Below, piece by piece: positions 17,824 through 28,007 of a stretch of DNA of 64,000 nucleotides; position 1 is the stretch's first letter; every line of letters starts with the position of its first letter. The stretch is from an uncultured Rhodospirillales bacterium (GTDB lineage Bacteria > Pseudomonadota > Alphaproteobacteria > Azospirillales > Azospirillaceae). The position numbers and the translations under genes were made by a program. The notes beneath the pieces are model-generated. The model saw only the letters and a list, made by a program, of their open reading frames with translations. It searched no databases and had not been told where the DNA came from. The stretch is from assembly GCA_903920145.1 (NCBI GenBank), contig CAIXKV010000069.1:5509-69508 (forward strand), in the 5' to 3' direction.

Positions 17824-18396
17824 TTATCCGATCCTGATTACGCTCTCACTGAGAAAACTATAATGTGGAACTGGAAGATTATAGGGCGCCGGTCCTTTGC
17901 GAATACGCCCAGAGGTATCATACTGCGATCCGTGGCAGGAGCAGAACCAACCACCGAAGTCGGGATCGCTCAGACGTAGGTTATTACCGTCAAAGATCGG
18001 AACACATCCAAGATGGGTGCAGACACCAACCAAGATCAACCATTCCGGCCTTTGAACCCGTGCCGAATCTGGTTCTGGATCCCGTAATATTGATAGATCA
18101 ACATCTTGTGCTTGCTTGATTTCATCTTCTGTCCGTCGTCGGATGAAGGTCGGTTTTCCCTGCCAAGTGACAACAATCATCTGACCGGGTTGAATTGAAG
18201 CGATATTGACTTCAACGGTGGCCAGAGCCAAAGCATCCGAGGCTGGATTCATGCTGTCAATCAGGGGCCATGCCGTTGCGGCTACGCCCGCCGCGCCCAC
18301 AGCGGCAGTCCCCAAATACAGAAAATGACGCCGATTGGGGCCATTTTGGTTCTCTTTGCTGGTACCCAGAGCCGTGGAATCAGGGGGGATCGACAT
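17824..18396 (-). CDS. petA: ubiquinol-cytochrome c reductase Rieske iron-sulfur subunit
   Basis: Tat-like RRHFLYLG, and Rieske boxes CTHLGC and CSCHGS. Confidence 0.9.
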   Translation of the reverse strand: MSIPPDSTALGTSKENQNGPNRRHFLYLGTAAVGAAGVAATAWPLIDSMNPASDALALATVEVNIASIQPGQMIVVTWQGKPTFIRRRTEDEIKQAQDVDLSILRDPEPDSARVQRPEWLILVGVCTHLGCVPIFDGNNLRLSDPDFGGWFCSCHGSQYDTSGRIRKGPAPYNLPVPHYSFLSESVIRIG

Positions 18397-18434
18397 TAAA
18401 ACCGCGCTCCACTACATCCGGGACGAGATCATGA

Positions 18435-18824
18435 TCATGGGTTATTCTTTAGAAAAGCGATAATATTCGCTCGTTCGGCAGCATTCCGGATCCCTGTAAA
18501 GGCCATCTTGGTTCCCGAAACCACAGCCTGGGGCCTGGCTAGCCAAGCATCCAGGGTGGCTTCGTTCCAGGTCAGTCCGGCGGACGTCAAGGCGCTCGAA
18601 TAGTTGAAATTTGGATAGGATGCCGCACGCCGGCCAACCACACCCTTAAGGTTCGGGCCAATTCCGTTGCTGTCAAATCGTGGTGGATGATGGCAATAGC
18701 CACAATAGACTCTGAATGATTTCTCGCCGGCATCGGCGTCTTGGGCCAGAGCTTGGCCCGAGAGGTTAAACAGCGCCGCTATGATAGCGAACACGCCGAA
18801 ACCCGCTTTGGAAAATAATCCCAT
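18435..18824 (-). CDS. class I c-type cytochrome (soluble, signal peptide)
   Basis: Signal peptide MGLFSKAGFGVFAIIAALFNLSGQALA, CXXCH as CGYCH, and a distal Met region (GTKMAFTG). The internal start at 18824 is preferred. Confidence 0.8.
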   Translation of the reverse strand: MGLFSKAGFGVFAIIAALFNLSGQALAQDADAGEKSFRVYCGYCHHPPRFDSNGIGPNLKGVVGRRAASYPNFNYSSALTSAGLTWNEATLDAWLARPQAVVSGTKMAFTGIRNAAERANIIAFLKNNP

Positions 18825-18964
18825 CCTGTGCTTCTTTCTTTTATCAGTTTCATGCCAAGCCGTGTGGCTCACGGAGAAACAAAACAACCTAAAGCTTTTA
18901 TTTGCGATTTGGAAGGCGATAGTATCCCGATTTTTAAGATTATCACATCAGAAAGGTTCTATGC

Positions 18965-19873
18965 CTATAGGGCCGAATCCCTGTGCAGCAGTAACGGAAT
19001 TTCGTCATCGAGCGCCTCTGACCATGGCCGCAGCGCCACCCCATGGACCGCCTGAATGCGCGCCCCCGACAGCGTTGAATGGGCTGGCCTGCGGGCTGGG
19101 GTTGGATAGTCGGCGGTGGTGATCGGGCGTAAGCGTGGAACCGTTGCCCCCAGCGCCGCCGCACGAGCAAAAATGGCCGTGGCAAAGCCGTACCAGCTTA
19201 CGGACTCGCCACCACCCCCCAGATGAAAAGTCCCAAAGCCACGCCTCTCACCCGCAGCCAGTTTCATGGCCAAAGCGATTAAGGCTTCGGCCAAATCCGG
19301 GGCGTAGGTTGGCCGCCCGATCTGGTCATCCACCACCCCCAGCTCTGGGCGTTCGCGGCCTAACCGAAGCATGGTCCGCACGAAATTGCTTCCAAAAGGC
19401 GCATGGACCCACGATGTTCGGAGAATCAGGTGGGCCTCCAGCCGCTCGCGCACCGCCCGCTCGCCCGCCGCTTTGCTGGCGCCATAGACGCCCAACGGCG
19501 CTACCGGATCGTCTTCGATCCAAGGTTCAGCCTTGCTGCCATCAAACACGTAATCGGTGGACAGATGGATGAGCGGCACCCTCGCCGCCGCTGCGCTGGC
19601 CGCCAGATGGGCCGGACCCTCGCGGTTGAGGGCATAGGCTTGATCCGGTTCGGTTTCTGCACGATCCACCGCCGTATAAGCAGCGGCATTGATGATCACG
19701 TTCGGGCGTTCGCTTTGCACCAACGCCAGGACCGAGGCCGGGTCGGTCAGATCGAAATCGTCGCGACCCCGACACACCACCACGGTGTCGGCAGGCCATG
19801 TCCCTTGTGCCAAGCTGGTCGCGACCTGCCCGTTGCGGCCAATCACGAGAATCCGGGAGGATAGGGCTTTCAT
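18965..19873 (-). CDS. rfbD: dTDP-4-dehydrorhamnose reductase
   Basis: [11 protein letters not shown] Rossmann motif and STDYVFDG. The ATG at 19873 overlaps the rfbB stop (ATGA). The ORF-track N-terminal extension is probably not translated. Confidence 0.85.
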   Translation of the reverse strand: MKALSSRILVIGRNGQVATSLAQGTWPADTVVVCRGRDDFDLTDPASVLALVQSERPNVIINAAAYTAVDRAETEPDQAYALNREGPAHLAASAAAARVPLIHLSTDYVFDGSKAEPWIEDDPVAPLGVYGASKAAGERAVRERLEAHLILRTSWVHAPFGSNFVRTMLRLGRERPELGVVDDQIGRPTYAPDLAEALIALAMKLAAGERRGFGTFHLGGGGESVSWYGFATAIFARAAALGATVPRLRPITTADYPTPARRPAHSTLSGARIQAVHGVALRPWSEALDDEIPLLLHRDSAL

Positions 19874-20940
19874 GACTGGACCAGCCCCAGTCGTTGACCT
19901 CGGTAAACCGTGCCGCGAATCGGCTCCCACCAATCGGGGCGGTCCAGATACCAGCGCACCGTTTGCTTCAAGCCGCTTTCGAAGGTCTCTTGCGGCTGCC
20001 ACCCCAATTCCCGCAGAATTCGGCTCGTATCCATGGCGTAACGCTGGTCATGTCCAGGCCGGTCGGCCACGAACCGGATCAAGTCCCGACGTCTTGGCAC
20101 TCCGGGTTCGGGCCGGAGAGTGTCTACAAGGTCGGCGATCTGTTCCACCACATCCAGATTTCGGCGTTCAGCATTGCCACCGATATTATATTTGCGGCCC
20201 ACCTCGCCCCGTGTCAGCACCAGATGCAGCGCCCGCGCATGGTCTTCCACATGAAGCCAGTCGCGTATGTTGTCACCACGACCATAAACCGGCAGCGGCT
20301 TGCGCTCCAACGCATTGAGAATCACCAGCGGAATCAGCTTTTCCGGGAACTGATATGGCCCGTAATTATTGGTGCAATTGCTGATCACCACCGGCACGCC
20401 ATAGGTATGGTGCCAAGCCGAAACCAGATGATCCGAAGCGGCCTTACTTGCCGAATAGGGTGAGCGCGGGTCATAGGCCATGTCTTCGACGAACAGGCCG
20501 GTTGGTCCCAGCGAGCCATAAACCTCGTCGGTGGAGACATGGTGGAAGCGAAACCGTGCCTGGGCGCTGTCATCCAGGGCGCTCCAGTAAGCGCGCACCC
20601 GTTCCAGCAGGATGCCCGTCCCCAGCACATTGGTTTCCAGGAAGGTCACCGGCCCTTCAATGGAGCGGTCCACATGGCTTTCTGCGGCGAGATGAAGCAC
20701 CGCATCGGGCTGATGCTCTTGCAGGACTCGCGCCACCGCCGGGCCGTCGCAGATATTCACCTGCTCGAACCGATAGCGCGGGTGATCTTGAATCTCCGCC
20801 AAAGAGTAGAGGTTGGCGGCGTAGGTCAGTGCGTCCAGATTGACGACGGTGCTGTCGGTGGCTGCGATCAGATGGCGGCAAACCGCCGAACCGATGAAGC
20901 CGGCGCCGCCCGTAACCAGAATCGTCCGAAATCGCGTCAT
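19870..20940 (-). CDS. rfbB: dTDP-glucose 4,6-dehydratase
   Basis: [12 protein letters not shown], the YSASKAASD catalytic motif, and typical length. Confidence 0.95.
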   Translation of the reverse strand: MTRFRTILVTGGAGFIGSAVCRHLIAATDSTVVNLDALTYAANLYSLAEIQDHPRYRFEQVNICDGPAVARVLQEHQPDAVLHLAAESHVDRSIEGPVTFLETNVLGTGILLERVRAYWSALDDSAQARFRFHHVSTDEVYGSLGPTGLFVEDMAYDPRSPYSASKAASDHLVSAWHHTYGVPVVISNCTNNYGPYQFPEKLIPLVILNALERKPLPVYGRGDNIRDWLHVEDHARALHLVLTRGEVGRKYNIGGNAERRNLDVVEQIADLVDTLRPEPGVPRRRDLIRFVADRPGHDQRYAMDTSRILRELGWQPQETFESGLKQTVRWYLDRPDWWEPIRGTVYRGQRLGLVQS

Positions 20941-20958
20941 TCCCGCCCGATCCTCAAG

Positions 20959-21531
20959 CTATTTGGCAGTCTGGTTGTAGACGAAACAGCGAGACACCTC
21001 CGCCCATTTCGGCAAACAGCGATCCTTAGCGGACAACTCGGCTTCGGCTTCGGTCACCGGCCAGTCGATTCCCAGTGCCGGATCGGCCCAATGCAGGCCG
21101 TCATCATCCTCGGCAGAGTAGGGTGCGTCGACCTTGTAGGCCACCACGGTCTCGGGCTCTAGCGTACAAAAGCCGTGGGCGAAGCCCGTTGGGATCATCA
21201 ATTGGTTGCCTTCTTCGGCGGACAGCCGAACCGCCACCGACCGGCCATAAAAAGGCGAGCCCTGGCGAAGGTCAACCGCCACATCAAAAATCGCCCCCCG
21301 CAGCACGCTGACCAGTTTGGCTTGAGCTGTTGGCGGGCGTTGGAAATGGAGGCCGCGAACCGTGCCGACCTTGGTCGATAGGGACAGATTGTCCTGAACG
21401 AAATCATAAACCAAGCCGTGCGTCGCCAACCGCTGGCGGTTATAGCTTTCGACGAAGAAGCCTCGCGGATCATGGAAGCGCCGGGGCGTCAGGATCAGCA
21501 AGTCGGGATTTTCGGTAGGCTGGATCTGCAT
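20959..21531 (-). CDS. rfbC: dTDP-4-dehydrorhamnose 3,5-epimerase
   Basis: RGFF...VRGLHFQ...GFAHGF cupin pattern. The internal MQIQP start is preferred. Confidence 0.9.
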   Translation of the reverse strand: MQIQPTENPDLLILTPRRFHDPRGFFVESYNRQRLATHGLVYDFVQDNLSLSTKVGTVRGLHFQRPPTAQAKLVSVLRGAIFDVAVDLRQGSPFYGRSVAVRLSAEEGNQLMIPTGFAHGFCTLEPETVVAYKVDAPYSAEDDDGLHWADPALGIDWPVTEAEAELSAKDRCLPKWAEVSRCFVYNQTAK

Positions 21532-21697
21532 GCGCCGACTTTCCGATAAAGGCAAACAGCGCCACCGCGCCGGATCAGCGTTGTGCTAGCACTGGGGAGG
21601 ACTGGTTGCCAAGGTGCCTTGGGCTGCTTTTGGTTTCAGACAGCCCTGCGCGCACCGGGCTTGCGTGGCTGGATCAAGAGGAAATGCTGTGATCTCA

Positions 21698-22522
21698 ATG
21701 CCTTATACTCTGGACGTGATCGGCCTTGGTCTGATCGGCGCCGTCATCGGCAGCTTTCTCAATGTGGTCATTCACCGTGTGCCGGTGATGATCGAGCGTG
21801 ACTCGCTGGACATCCAGGAGGGAGGCGAGACCGCCGGCGAACGCTATGACTTGGCCCTCCCCCCTTCGGCCTGTCCGCACTGTGGGCATCGGCTGCGGCC
21901 ATGGGAGAATATACCAGTCCTCAGTTACCTGATGTTGCGCGGACGATGCTCGGCTTGCACCGCCCCCATCGGTTGGCGTTACCCGGTGGTCGAAGTTGCC
22001 GCCACCGCCACCGGCCCTTTGCTGGTGGCGCATTTCGGCTTGACTGAACAGGCATTGGCGGCCACCGCCTTTGTCTGGTTCGCCATTGCCATCGCCGCTA
22101 TTGATCTACGCCACATGTTGATCCCTGACATGCTGTCTTTGCCATTGCTATGGCTCGGCCTGTTGGTATCGACGCAAAGCCTTTTCATCGCCCCTGCCAC
22201 GGCCATCATCGGTGCCGCCGCCGGATATCTGGCGTTTTTCATCATCAGTCGAGTCGGCGCCCGGTGCAGTGGCCGGGTTATCATGGGTGCAGGTGACGCC
22301 AAGCTTCTGGGGGCTATCGGCGCCTGGATCGGTTGGAGCCACCTGCCACAAGCGGCGGTGATCGCCAGCGTTCTGGGCAGTGTCGCAGGACTCGCCCTGA
22401 TCTTTCTGGGAAAACAGAATCGTTCACATCCAATTCCGTTCGGCCCCTTTCTGCTGATTGGTGGGATCGCGGCCTTGTTATGGGGAAGCGCACTGAGCAT
22501 GGCATTCGGCTTTCGAAATTAG
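21698..22522 (+). CDS. pilD: prepilin peptidase / N-methyltransferase (A24 family)
   Basis: GSFLNVVIHRVP, zinc-ribbon-like CPHCGH...CSAC, and the GAGDAKLLGAIGAW aspartate box. The internal MPYTL start is preferred over 21614. Confidence 0.85.
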   Translation: MPYTLDVIGLGLIGAVIGSFLNVVIHRVPVMIERDSLDIQEGGETAGERYDLALPPSACPHCGHRLRPWENIPVLSYLMLRGRCSACTAPIGWRYPVVEVAATATGPLLVAHFGLTEQALAATAFVWFAIAIAAIDLRHMLIPDMLSLPLLWLGLLVSTQSLFIAPATAIIGAAAGYLAFFIISRVGARCSGRVIMGAGDAKLLGAIGAWIGWSHLPQAAVIASVLGSVAGLALIFLGKQNRSHPIPFGPFLLIGGIAALLWGSALSMAFGFRN

Positions 22523-22978
22523 CCAATGGCCATTTTGGAGTTCTTTAACACTTCAATTTTTTACGAATAATGTAGTTACTAATCACTCATTGTGGCGATG
22601 GCAGCATCATACAGAATTAACTATTGCATAATAATATTAGTATATGACGGATCGATTGCGATCAATGCTTAGGCATACTGTCCATAACGATGGGCTTTTT
22701 AATGAATTTATTGTCATTTAGCTCTATTTTAACGTTTGGCCTGATCATCTTATGGCCCATTGTCGACTGCCCTCTCCGTGGCAAACAGATCAAATTACCG
22801 CAGATTCATCATCGAAACCGCCCCAATGCCCTATTGAATGTTGAAAGTAAGCGTCCCTTCGCGATATGACATCTCGGTGGGGCTTTTTCGGGAGTGAGTC
22901 CTTCGACTCTCGCGATAGGCTCGCAGTCTCTTTGTTTGCGCCTGGTCAGACGACTCCAGGCTTTTCGAAAGGTGCGGG

Positions 22979-25006
22979 ATGCGAAAGGCTACGAAGTGTC
23001 TCGGTGTCGCCATGCGCCGGGTGTTTCTGACGACGGCTGTTGTCATGTCGGTGGGGTCGATGGCTAAAGCCGCCGATATCCCATTGAGTAAGACGGAAGT
23101 CTTCGCAGAGAATGCCTTTGACGAAGATATCCGCACTGTCTTGCGTAAATTATTGGCAACCGATAGCCTCGCCGTGATTTTTCGTCCCGATGTCAAAGGC
23201 AGTGTGACCTACGATTTTACCAAAACACCGATTCCATTGCTTGGCGCCTTTAATAAGTTGATGGAAGAAAATGGCCTTGATTACGAATATAATGCCGACA
23301 CCAAAACTGTTACGATTCTGGTCAAAGGTCTGATCGAGACCACGTTCATTCCGCTCAAGAATAAAAATGTGACCGATGAGGCGATTAAAAGTGCCGCTCA
23401 TCATTTCGGTCTGGATCAAGAAGTTACCATTATTTATGACGCGCCCAGCAAAACGATCATGCTTAAAGGCAAGGCCGAGCGGGTTAAGGATCTCAGCGAT
23501 CTGATCGAGCGGTTGGAAACATCCGCCACCGAACGCGATAAGGCCGAGGCCGAGAACTTTGCGGCGGCTAGCTCGGCGGCCTTGTCCCAGGCCGAAGCCA
23601 TGAAGAGACAGGCCGAGGCCCAGCAGGCGGCCTATCGCCTGTCCCAAGAACAAAAAGAGCAAAATGACATTGATAGCATCCGGGTCGAAGTCATAAAGCT
23701 GCATTATGCCAGCGTTGGCCCGACCAAGGTGCAGTTTCAGGGTGAAAATGTCACCATTCCAGGGGTGATTGATACCTTGAATAATCTGCTTGGTGTGACC
23801 AATGCTAAAGCAGCCGCTCAAAATGAAACCGCGAAACCGAGTGCGTTTCCCACCTCATCGGTTCCGTCGTCGGAGCCCGGACATGGTGGCGGGACGACGG
23901 TCGACGAGAAATATCCGAGTGGTGCCGCCTCTCCGGGAGCCGCACAGCAGAGCAACCCCAGCGATTTCCACGGCACAATTTCCGCCGACGTCCGAACCAA
24001 TTCGGTGATTGTCCGGGGGACGCCTCGCGAAATCCAACAGGTTAAAGACCTCCTTCCCAAGCTTGATAAGCCGATGGAGCAAGTCGAGATCGAGGTCATT
24101 ATTGCCAATACCACCCAGGACTTTTCACGAAATCTGGGGTTGAGCCTGGGGAACGACACCGGATTGGTGGGGTCTGGAGCCGTTGGTGGCGCCTTTTCGA
24201 CGCTTCCGCCGAGCGTTGGCAGCTACTACACCACGCCGACCACGGCGGCGAGTACCGTCAACAACAACGTTTCGCCCTTGACGCTGGCGGGGACGACCAC
24301 CGGGGTTGGAAGTGTAGCCTCGCTGATCTTCCGAGGCTCCAATGCCACCCTGAACGCCCAGCTCAATGCGTTGGAGAGCAACAACCAGGGTCACATTGTG
24401 GACTCGCCTCGGGTGGTGACTATCGACAATGTGGCGGCCAAAGTCAGCCTGGACGGCACCACCTTCCTTGCCGTTCCGGCGGCGGCTAACGCTCCGGGCG
24501 GGTATATGACGGTTCCGGCGGGCACAACCCTGAAAATCACCCCCTCGGTCTTGCGGCGCGAGGATGTGGGGGGTGAAAACATGGTCCGCATGGTGATCGA
24601 AGCCGAAGCTACCGCCGTTGTCGCGCCGACCACGGCGACTGCCGGCCCCGGTCGCAATGGCGAGCAAATCCAGACCCAAGTGGTTATCCCCGATGGATCG
24701 ACCTTCATCATGGGCGGCTTGAGCCATATCGACCGAACCGAAAATTTGAATCAGGTTCCATTGCTGGGGGATATCCCGGTTGTGGGCGAGTTGTTTAAAA
24801 ACCGCGATACCAGCCGTGACTACAAGGACATCATGTTCTTCATCACGCCGAAAATCGTGCCCAAGGCCGCCCTCTATGCCAAAGATGTCGCCGAAAAGCG
24901 GTATCTCCAAGCGGAACGGGCGGAAATTGATCGGGTTGCCGATGGCGTTCGGAAGAAGAGCATGCTGCTGGACCTCGGCCATAAGTCCCTTCAGGACGAC
25001 GAATAA
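22979..25006 (+). CDS. secretin (PilQ/GspD/MshL class outer-membrane channel)
   Basis: Signal peptide, an N0-like domain, and a Glu/Ala-rich coiled segment. N3-to-secretin junction ISADVRTNSVIVRGTPREIQQVKDLLPKLD. C-terminal VPLLGDIPVVGELFKNRD...MFFITPKIV. Confidence 0.9.
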   Translation: MRKATKCLGVAMRRVFLTTAVVMSVGSMAKAADIPLSKTEVFAENAFDEDIRTVLRKLLATDSLAVIFRPDVKGSVTYDFTKTPIPLLGAFNKLMEENGLDYEYNADTKTVTILVKGLIETTFIPLKNKNVTDEAIKSAAHHFGLDQEVTIIYDAPSKTIMLKGKAERVKDLSDLIERLETSATERDKAEAENFAAASSAALSQAEAMKRQAEAQQAAYRLSQEQKEQNDIDSIRVEVIKLHYASVGPTKVQFQGENVTIPGVIDTLNNLLGVTNAKAAAQNETAKPSAFPTSSVPSSEPGHGGGTTVDEKYPSGAASPGAAQQSNPSDFHGTISADVRTNSVIVRGTPREIQQVKDLLPKLDKPMEQVEIEVIIANTTQDFSRNLGLSLGNDTGLVGSGAVGGAFSTLPPSVGSYYTTPTTAASTVNNNVSPLTLAGTTTGVGSVASLIFRGSNATLNAQLNALESNNQGHIVDSPRVVTIDNVAAKVSLDGTTFLAVPAAANAPGGYMTVPAGTTLKITPSVLRREDVGGENMVRMVIEAEATAVVAPTTATAGPGRNGEQIQTQVVIPDGSTFIMGGLSHIDRTENLNQVPLLGDIPVVGELFKNRDTSRDYKDIMFFITPKIVPKAALYAKDVAEKRYLQAERAEIDRVADGVRKKSMLLDLGHKSLQDDE

Positions 25007-25036
25007 GCGAGGGGATGAGACCAGGGAGGGGGAGTC

Positions 25037-25504
25037 ATGCTGCGGGTGATCACGTCGTTGAACTGGCTGATTGGATGTGTCGCCCTGGCCTTGGCGGCGG
25101 CTTACCCCTTCTATTATCAGGCCGGGGTGGCTGAGGCTAAAATGGCGGCCTCGGCGACCATGGATCAAATCGTTCAGGCGGAACGTCTAAAGGCGTTTGA
25201 GCCAAACGGTAGCGTTGTTTACTTCAGAATGAACCGGCAGGACATCATTCGGACCACTTTGCAGGTTCCCTTGGTGGGTGCGGCGGCTGATTTTACGTAT
25301 GATTCTTACTCGGATCACGATCATGCCCTCGTCGTTCGGGCCATGACCAGCGATGCCGCGTTGCGCAGAGGACGTCCACCGTTGCTGTATACTTACGCGG
25401 TGTCCGATGTGAACGGCTTGCCCAAGGAAGGGGGGCATGCCGAAGGAACCTGGGAACGATTGTCCGGCAAGTCCGTTGGTCTGCTGGCACTTGCGGGGTT
25501 GTAG
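25037..25504 (+). CDS. hypothetical membrane-anchored protein (pilin-shaped N-terminal helix but no prepilin cleavage motif)
   Basis: Strong RBS GGAGGGGGAG. N-terminal hydrophobic helix LIGCVALALAAAYPFYY followed by an amphipathic helix. No family recognised. Confidence 0.45.
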   Translation: MLRVITSLNWLIGCVALALAAAYPFYYQAGVAEAKMAASATMDQIVQAERLKAFEPNGSVVYFRMNRQDIIRTTLQVPLVGAAADFTYDSYSDHDHALVVRAMTSDAALRRGRPPLLYTYAVSDVNGLPKEGGHAEGTWERLSGKSVGLLALAGL

Positions 25505-25616
25505 CCGGGTTTTGTTGGAATGGTATCATCAGCGATGTCGGAGGAACGGCCCCCACCGTCGACCGTCGCTTCAAGTCATCGGCCAGGCCGGATCACGATT
25601 GCGCCGAACAGGAGGA

Positions 25617-26279
25617 ATGATGAAAGCGCGGACTCTTGGGGTTATCCTGACAGGTATGCTGGCTCTCTCCGCATGCAGCGTTTCCGAGCCGCCGACAGCC
25701 GCGCTCGGGACCACGCCGACTCTGCCAACCGCGCCCAAAGCCACAACCACGCTAGACAGCTTGGTTCTGAGCAAACCCCAATGGCGGGTTGGGGACGAAT
25801 GGCATTACAGCGACGGCTATGCAGTGCGCGTGAGCGAAATCACCGGCATTTTGGCAAAGTTCGAGCGGCTTGACGCGCCCGGTCAGTGGTTCGTCAACAA
25901 CGGCTTTTTCCGAGAGACGTCTCAGTCAGATGGCACGCCCCGGCAGGTGGTCTTCCGTTCCGAAAACCCGGACCCGTCCTTCTACACCCTGCCGTTGGGG
26001 CGGCCTCTGGTGTATGTCGAAGAATATCTGCGCGATAAAGACTTGATCCGTCACCAAACGTCATGGGTGGTGGAAAGCCGCGAGCGAATCACGGTGCCCG
26101 CTGGCACCTTTGATACCTTTGTCGTGGTGATACGCAAGCGTAGCCTGACCAGCGATTGGACCGCTTACGAACGTTGGTGGTACGCGCCTGCCGTAAAGAA
26201 TTACGTCCGCATGGAATACCGATATGGCGAGGAACCCGAAGGAGCGCGGGTTCTGATGAGCAGCAAGTTGGGGAATTGA
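25617..26279 (+). CDS. hypothetical lipoprotein
   Basis: AGGAGG RBS, MMKARTLGVILTGMLALSAC lipobox, and a beta-rich body. The ORF-track start at 25437 is upstream and overlaps the previous gene. Confidence 0.6.
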   Translation: MMKARTLGVILTGMLALSACSVSEPPTAALGTTPTLPTAPKATTTLDSLVLSKPQWRVGDEWHYSDGYAVRVSEITGILAKFERLDAPGQWFVNNGFFRETSQSDGTPRQVVFRSENPDPSFYTLPLGRPLVYVEEYLRDKDLIRHQTSWVVESRERITVPAGTFDTFVVVIRKRSLTSDWTAYERWWYAPAVKNYVRMEYRYGEEPEGARVLMSSKLGN

Positions 26280-26345
26280 TAGTCGCAGGGGTGGCTTTGG
26301 GGATTAAACCCGGTTTCGGCACTGTTTGAGGTCTGGGGTTATGAA

Positions 26346-27965
26346 ATGTCGGTGATGAACCAGACAAGAACCTTGGCAGCCGGAGCCGGGCGTTATTCGG
26401 ATTGGCGGCTCTTGGGCAAAGGGGGGACCGCCAATGTCTATCGGGTTCATGATAATGAACTGGATTATGATGTCGCGATTAAAATTCTCAAGCCGGAGAT
26501 TTTGACCAGCGCGGCCAATCTTGAGTTGATGAAGCAAAGCTTACGGACTGAAGTCCTAATTTCGCGTCGGCTTCGTCACCAAAATATTTGTGCCATTCAT
26601 GACCTTTATGACGGACCTGAAGGCTTTGGGACTGTCATGGATCTGATCGATGGGGTTGAGCTACGCGATTGGATGAATGAGCATTTCCATGATTTGCTGG
26701 ATACTGCCGAGTTAAGACTGGAACTATTGCGTAAAATTGCCGAGGCCTTGGCTTACGCCCATACCCTAATTGTTCATCGTGACTTGAAGCCGCAGAATAT
26801 CTTTCTTCGCAATGGCGATATTCGTCAGCCAGTGATTATGGATTTTGGATTTTCGGTCATCGGTGACAAGAGCGACCGAACCTCGATGCAGGCTTTTACC
26901 CCAAAATACATGGCCCCCGAACAATACGAAGACCCTCATAAAGTTGATCGACGAGCAGACCTTTTTGCACTGGGAATTTTGGCCTATGAACTTTTTACGG
27001 GACAGGTTCCACCCCACTCATTGAAAGATATTCTGAAGACCCGTAAGCCACCGCGCATTCCATTACACGAGATTGCGCCGCCTAGCGACCGGAATGCGGC
27101 GGTTCGTCCGGCTTTCGACCGAATTATTCTGCAATTAACGGCTTATGAACCGGAACGCCGGATTCAATCTGCCGACGAATTGGTTGTGGTTCTGGCAAAA
27201 TCCAAGGATCTGCTGTATCCGCCCGAAGACGTGAATAGTGGTGAAAGTCCGGCCCTGGGCTTCCGCTCGATGAATGCGGTTGAGGTACCGGGCGGTGAGT
27301 ATCTTTTGGGGGCACGGGCCGGTGCCAAGGGAACCAATGCCAACGAATTGCCGACTCGGCGCATCACCCTGACTCCCTTCAAGATCGATCGCATGCCCGT
27401 CACCAACCGCGAATATCTGGAGTATGCCGAAGGAACGGGACGGCGCAAACCGCCGCTGCATGATCATCCGGTGTTTGGAGCCCCCAATCATCCGGTGGTT
27501 GGCGTTACCTTCGATGAAGCCATGCAGTTTGCGCGATGGGCCGGCGGCATGTTGCCGTCCGAGGCCCAATGGGAATATGCCGCCCGCGCGGGGCAAAAAT
27601 TAATCGATTATCCCTGGGGAGACGACCCGCCGTCTCAAGTTCGCGCCAATATCAATAACATCTCTCGCACAACCAGTATTGTTGGCGCCTATCCTGAAGG
27701 TAGCAATTCACTGGAAATTTATGATATGTGTGGAAATGTTTGGGAGTGGTGCCTGGACGTTTATGAAGAAAAGTTTTATACAAATATTCAGCAAGGAACC
27801 TTAAATCCAGTTAATAATCCAAAAAATTCCAGTCCAAAATCCCTTCGCGTTCTGCGTGGGGGAAGTTTTCAGTCTTTTTCCGTGCAGGGTCGTTGCGCAT
27901 TTCGCTTTTTTGCCTCTTCCTTCGAATCCCGAAACGATATCGGGTTTCGTTTGATCTATAGCTAA
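26346..27965 (+). CDS. Hanks-type Ser/Thr protein kinase fused to a C-terminal FGE/SUMF1 (sulfatase-modifying-factor-like) domain; no TM segment seen
   Basis: Kinase motifs are intact: GKGGTANVY, VAIKILK, HRDLKPQNIF, DFGFS, YMAPEQ. C-terminal FGE-like motifs: MPVTNREYLEY, HPVVGVTFDEAMQFARWAG, LPSEAQWEYAARAG, GNVWEWCLD, RVLRGGSF, IGFRL. Confidence 0.85.
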   Translation: MSVMNQTRTLAAGAGRYSDWRLLGKGGTANVYRVHDNELDYDVAIKILKPEILTSAANLELMKQSLRTEVLISRRLRHQNICAIHDLYDGPEGFGTVMDLIDGVELRDWMNEHFHDLLDTAELRLELLRKIAEALAYAHTLIVHRDLKPQNIFLRNGDIRQPVIMDFGFSVIGDKSDRTSMQAFTPKYMAPEQYEDPHKVDRRADLFALGILAYELFTGQVPPHSLKDILKTRKPPRIPLHEIAPPSDRNAAVRPAFDRIILQLTAYEPERRIQSADELVVVLAKSKDLLYPPEDVNSGESPALGFRSMNAVEVPGGEYLLGARAGAKGTNANELPTRRITLTPFKIDRMPVTNREYLEYAEGTGRRKPPLHDHPVFGAPNHPVVGVTFDEAMQFARWAGGMLPSEAQWEYAARAGQKLIDYPWGDDPPSQVRANINNISRTTSIVGAYPEGSNSLEIYDMCGNVWEWCLDVYEEKFYTNIQQGTLNPVNNPKNSSPKSLRVLRGGSFQSFSVQGRCAFRFFASSFESRNDIGFRLIYS

Positions 27966-28007
27966 TGCTTTTTGAGCCAATCCCTACCGTCTAGTATCTC
28001 GAAACGG

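Noticed and set aside
23150-25168. Long minus-strand ORFs 23150..23821 (223 aa) and 24125..25168 (347 aa)
   Set aside because: They are antisense to the secretin gene, whose N3/secretin motifs are unambiguous. Their Arg/Gly/His-rich low-complexity translations are typical of shadow frames.
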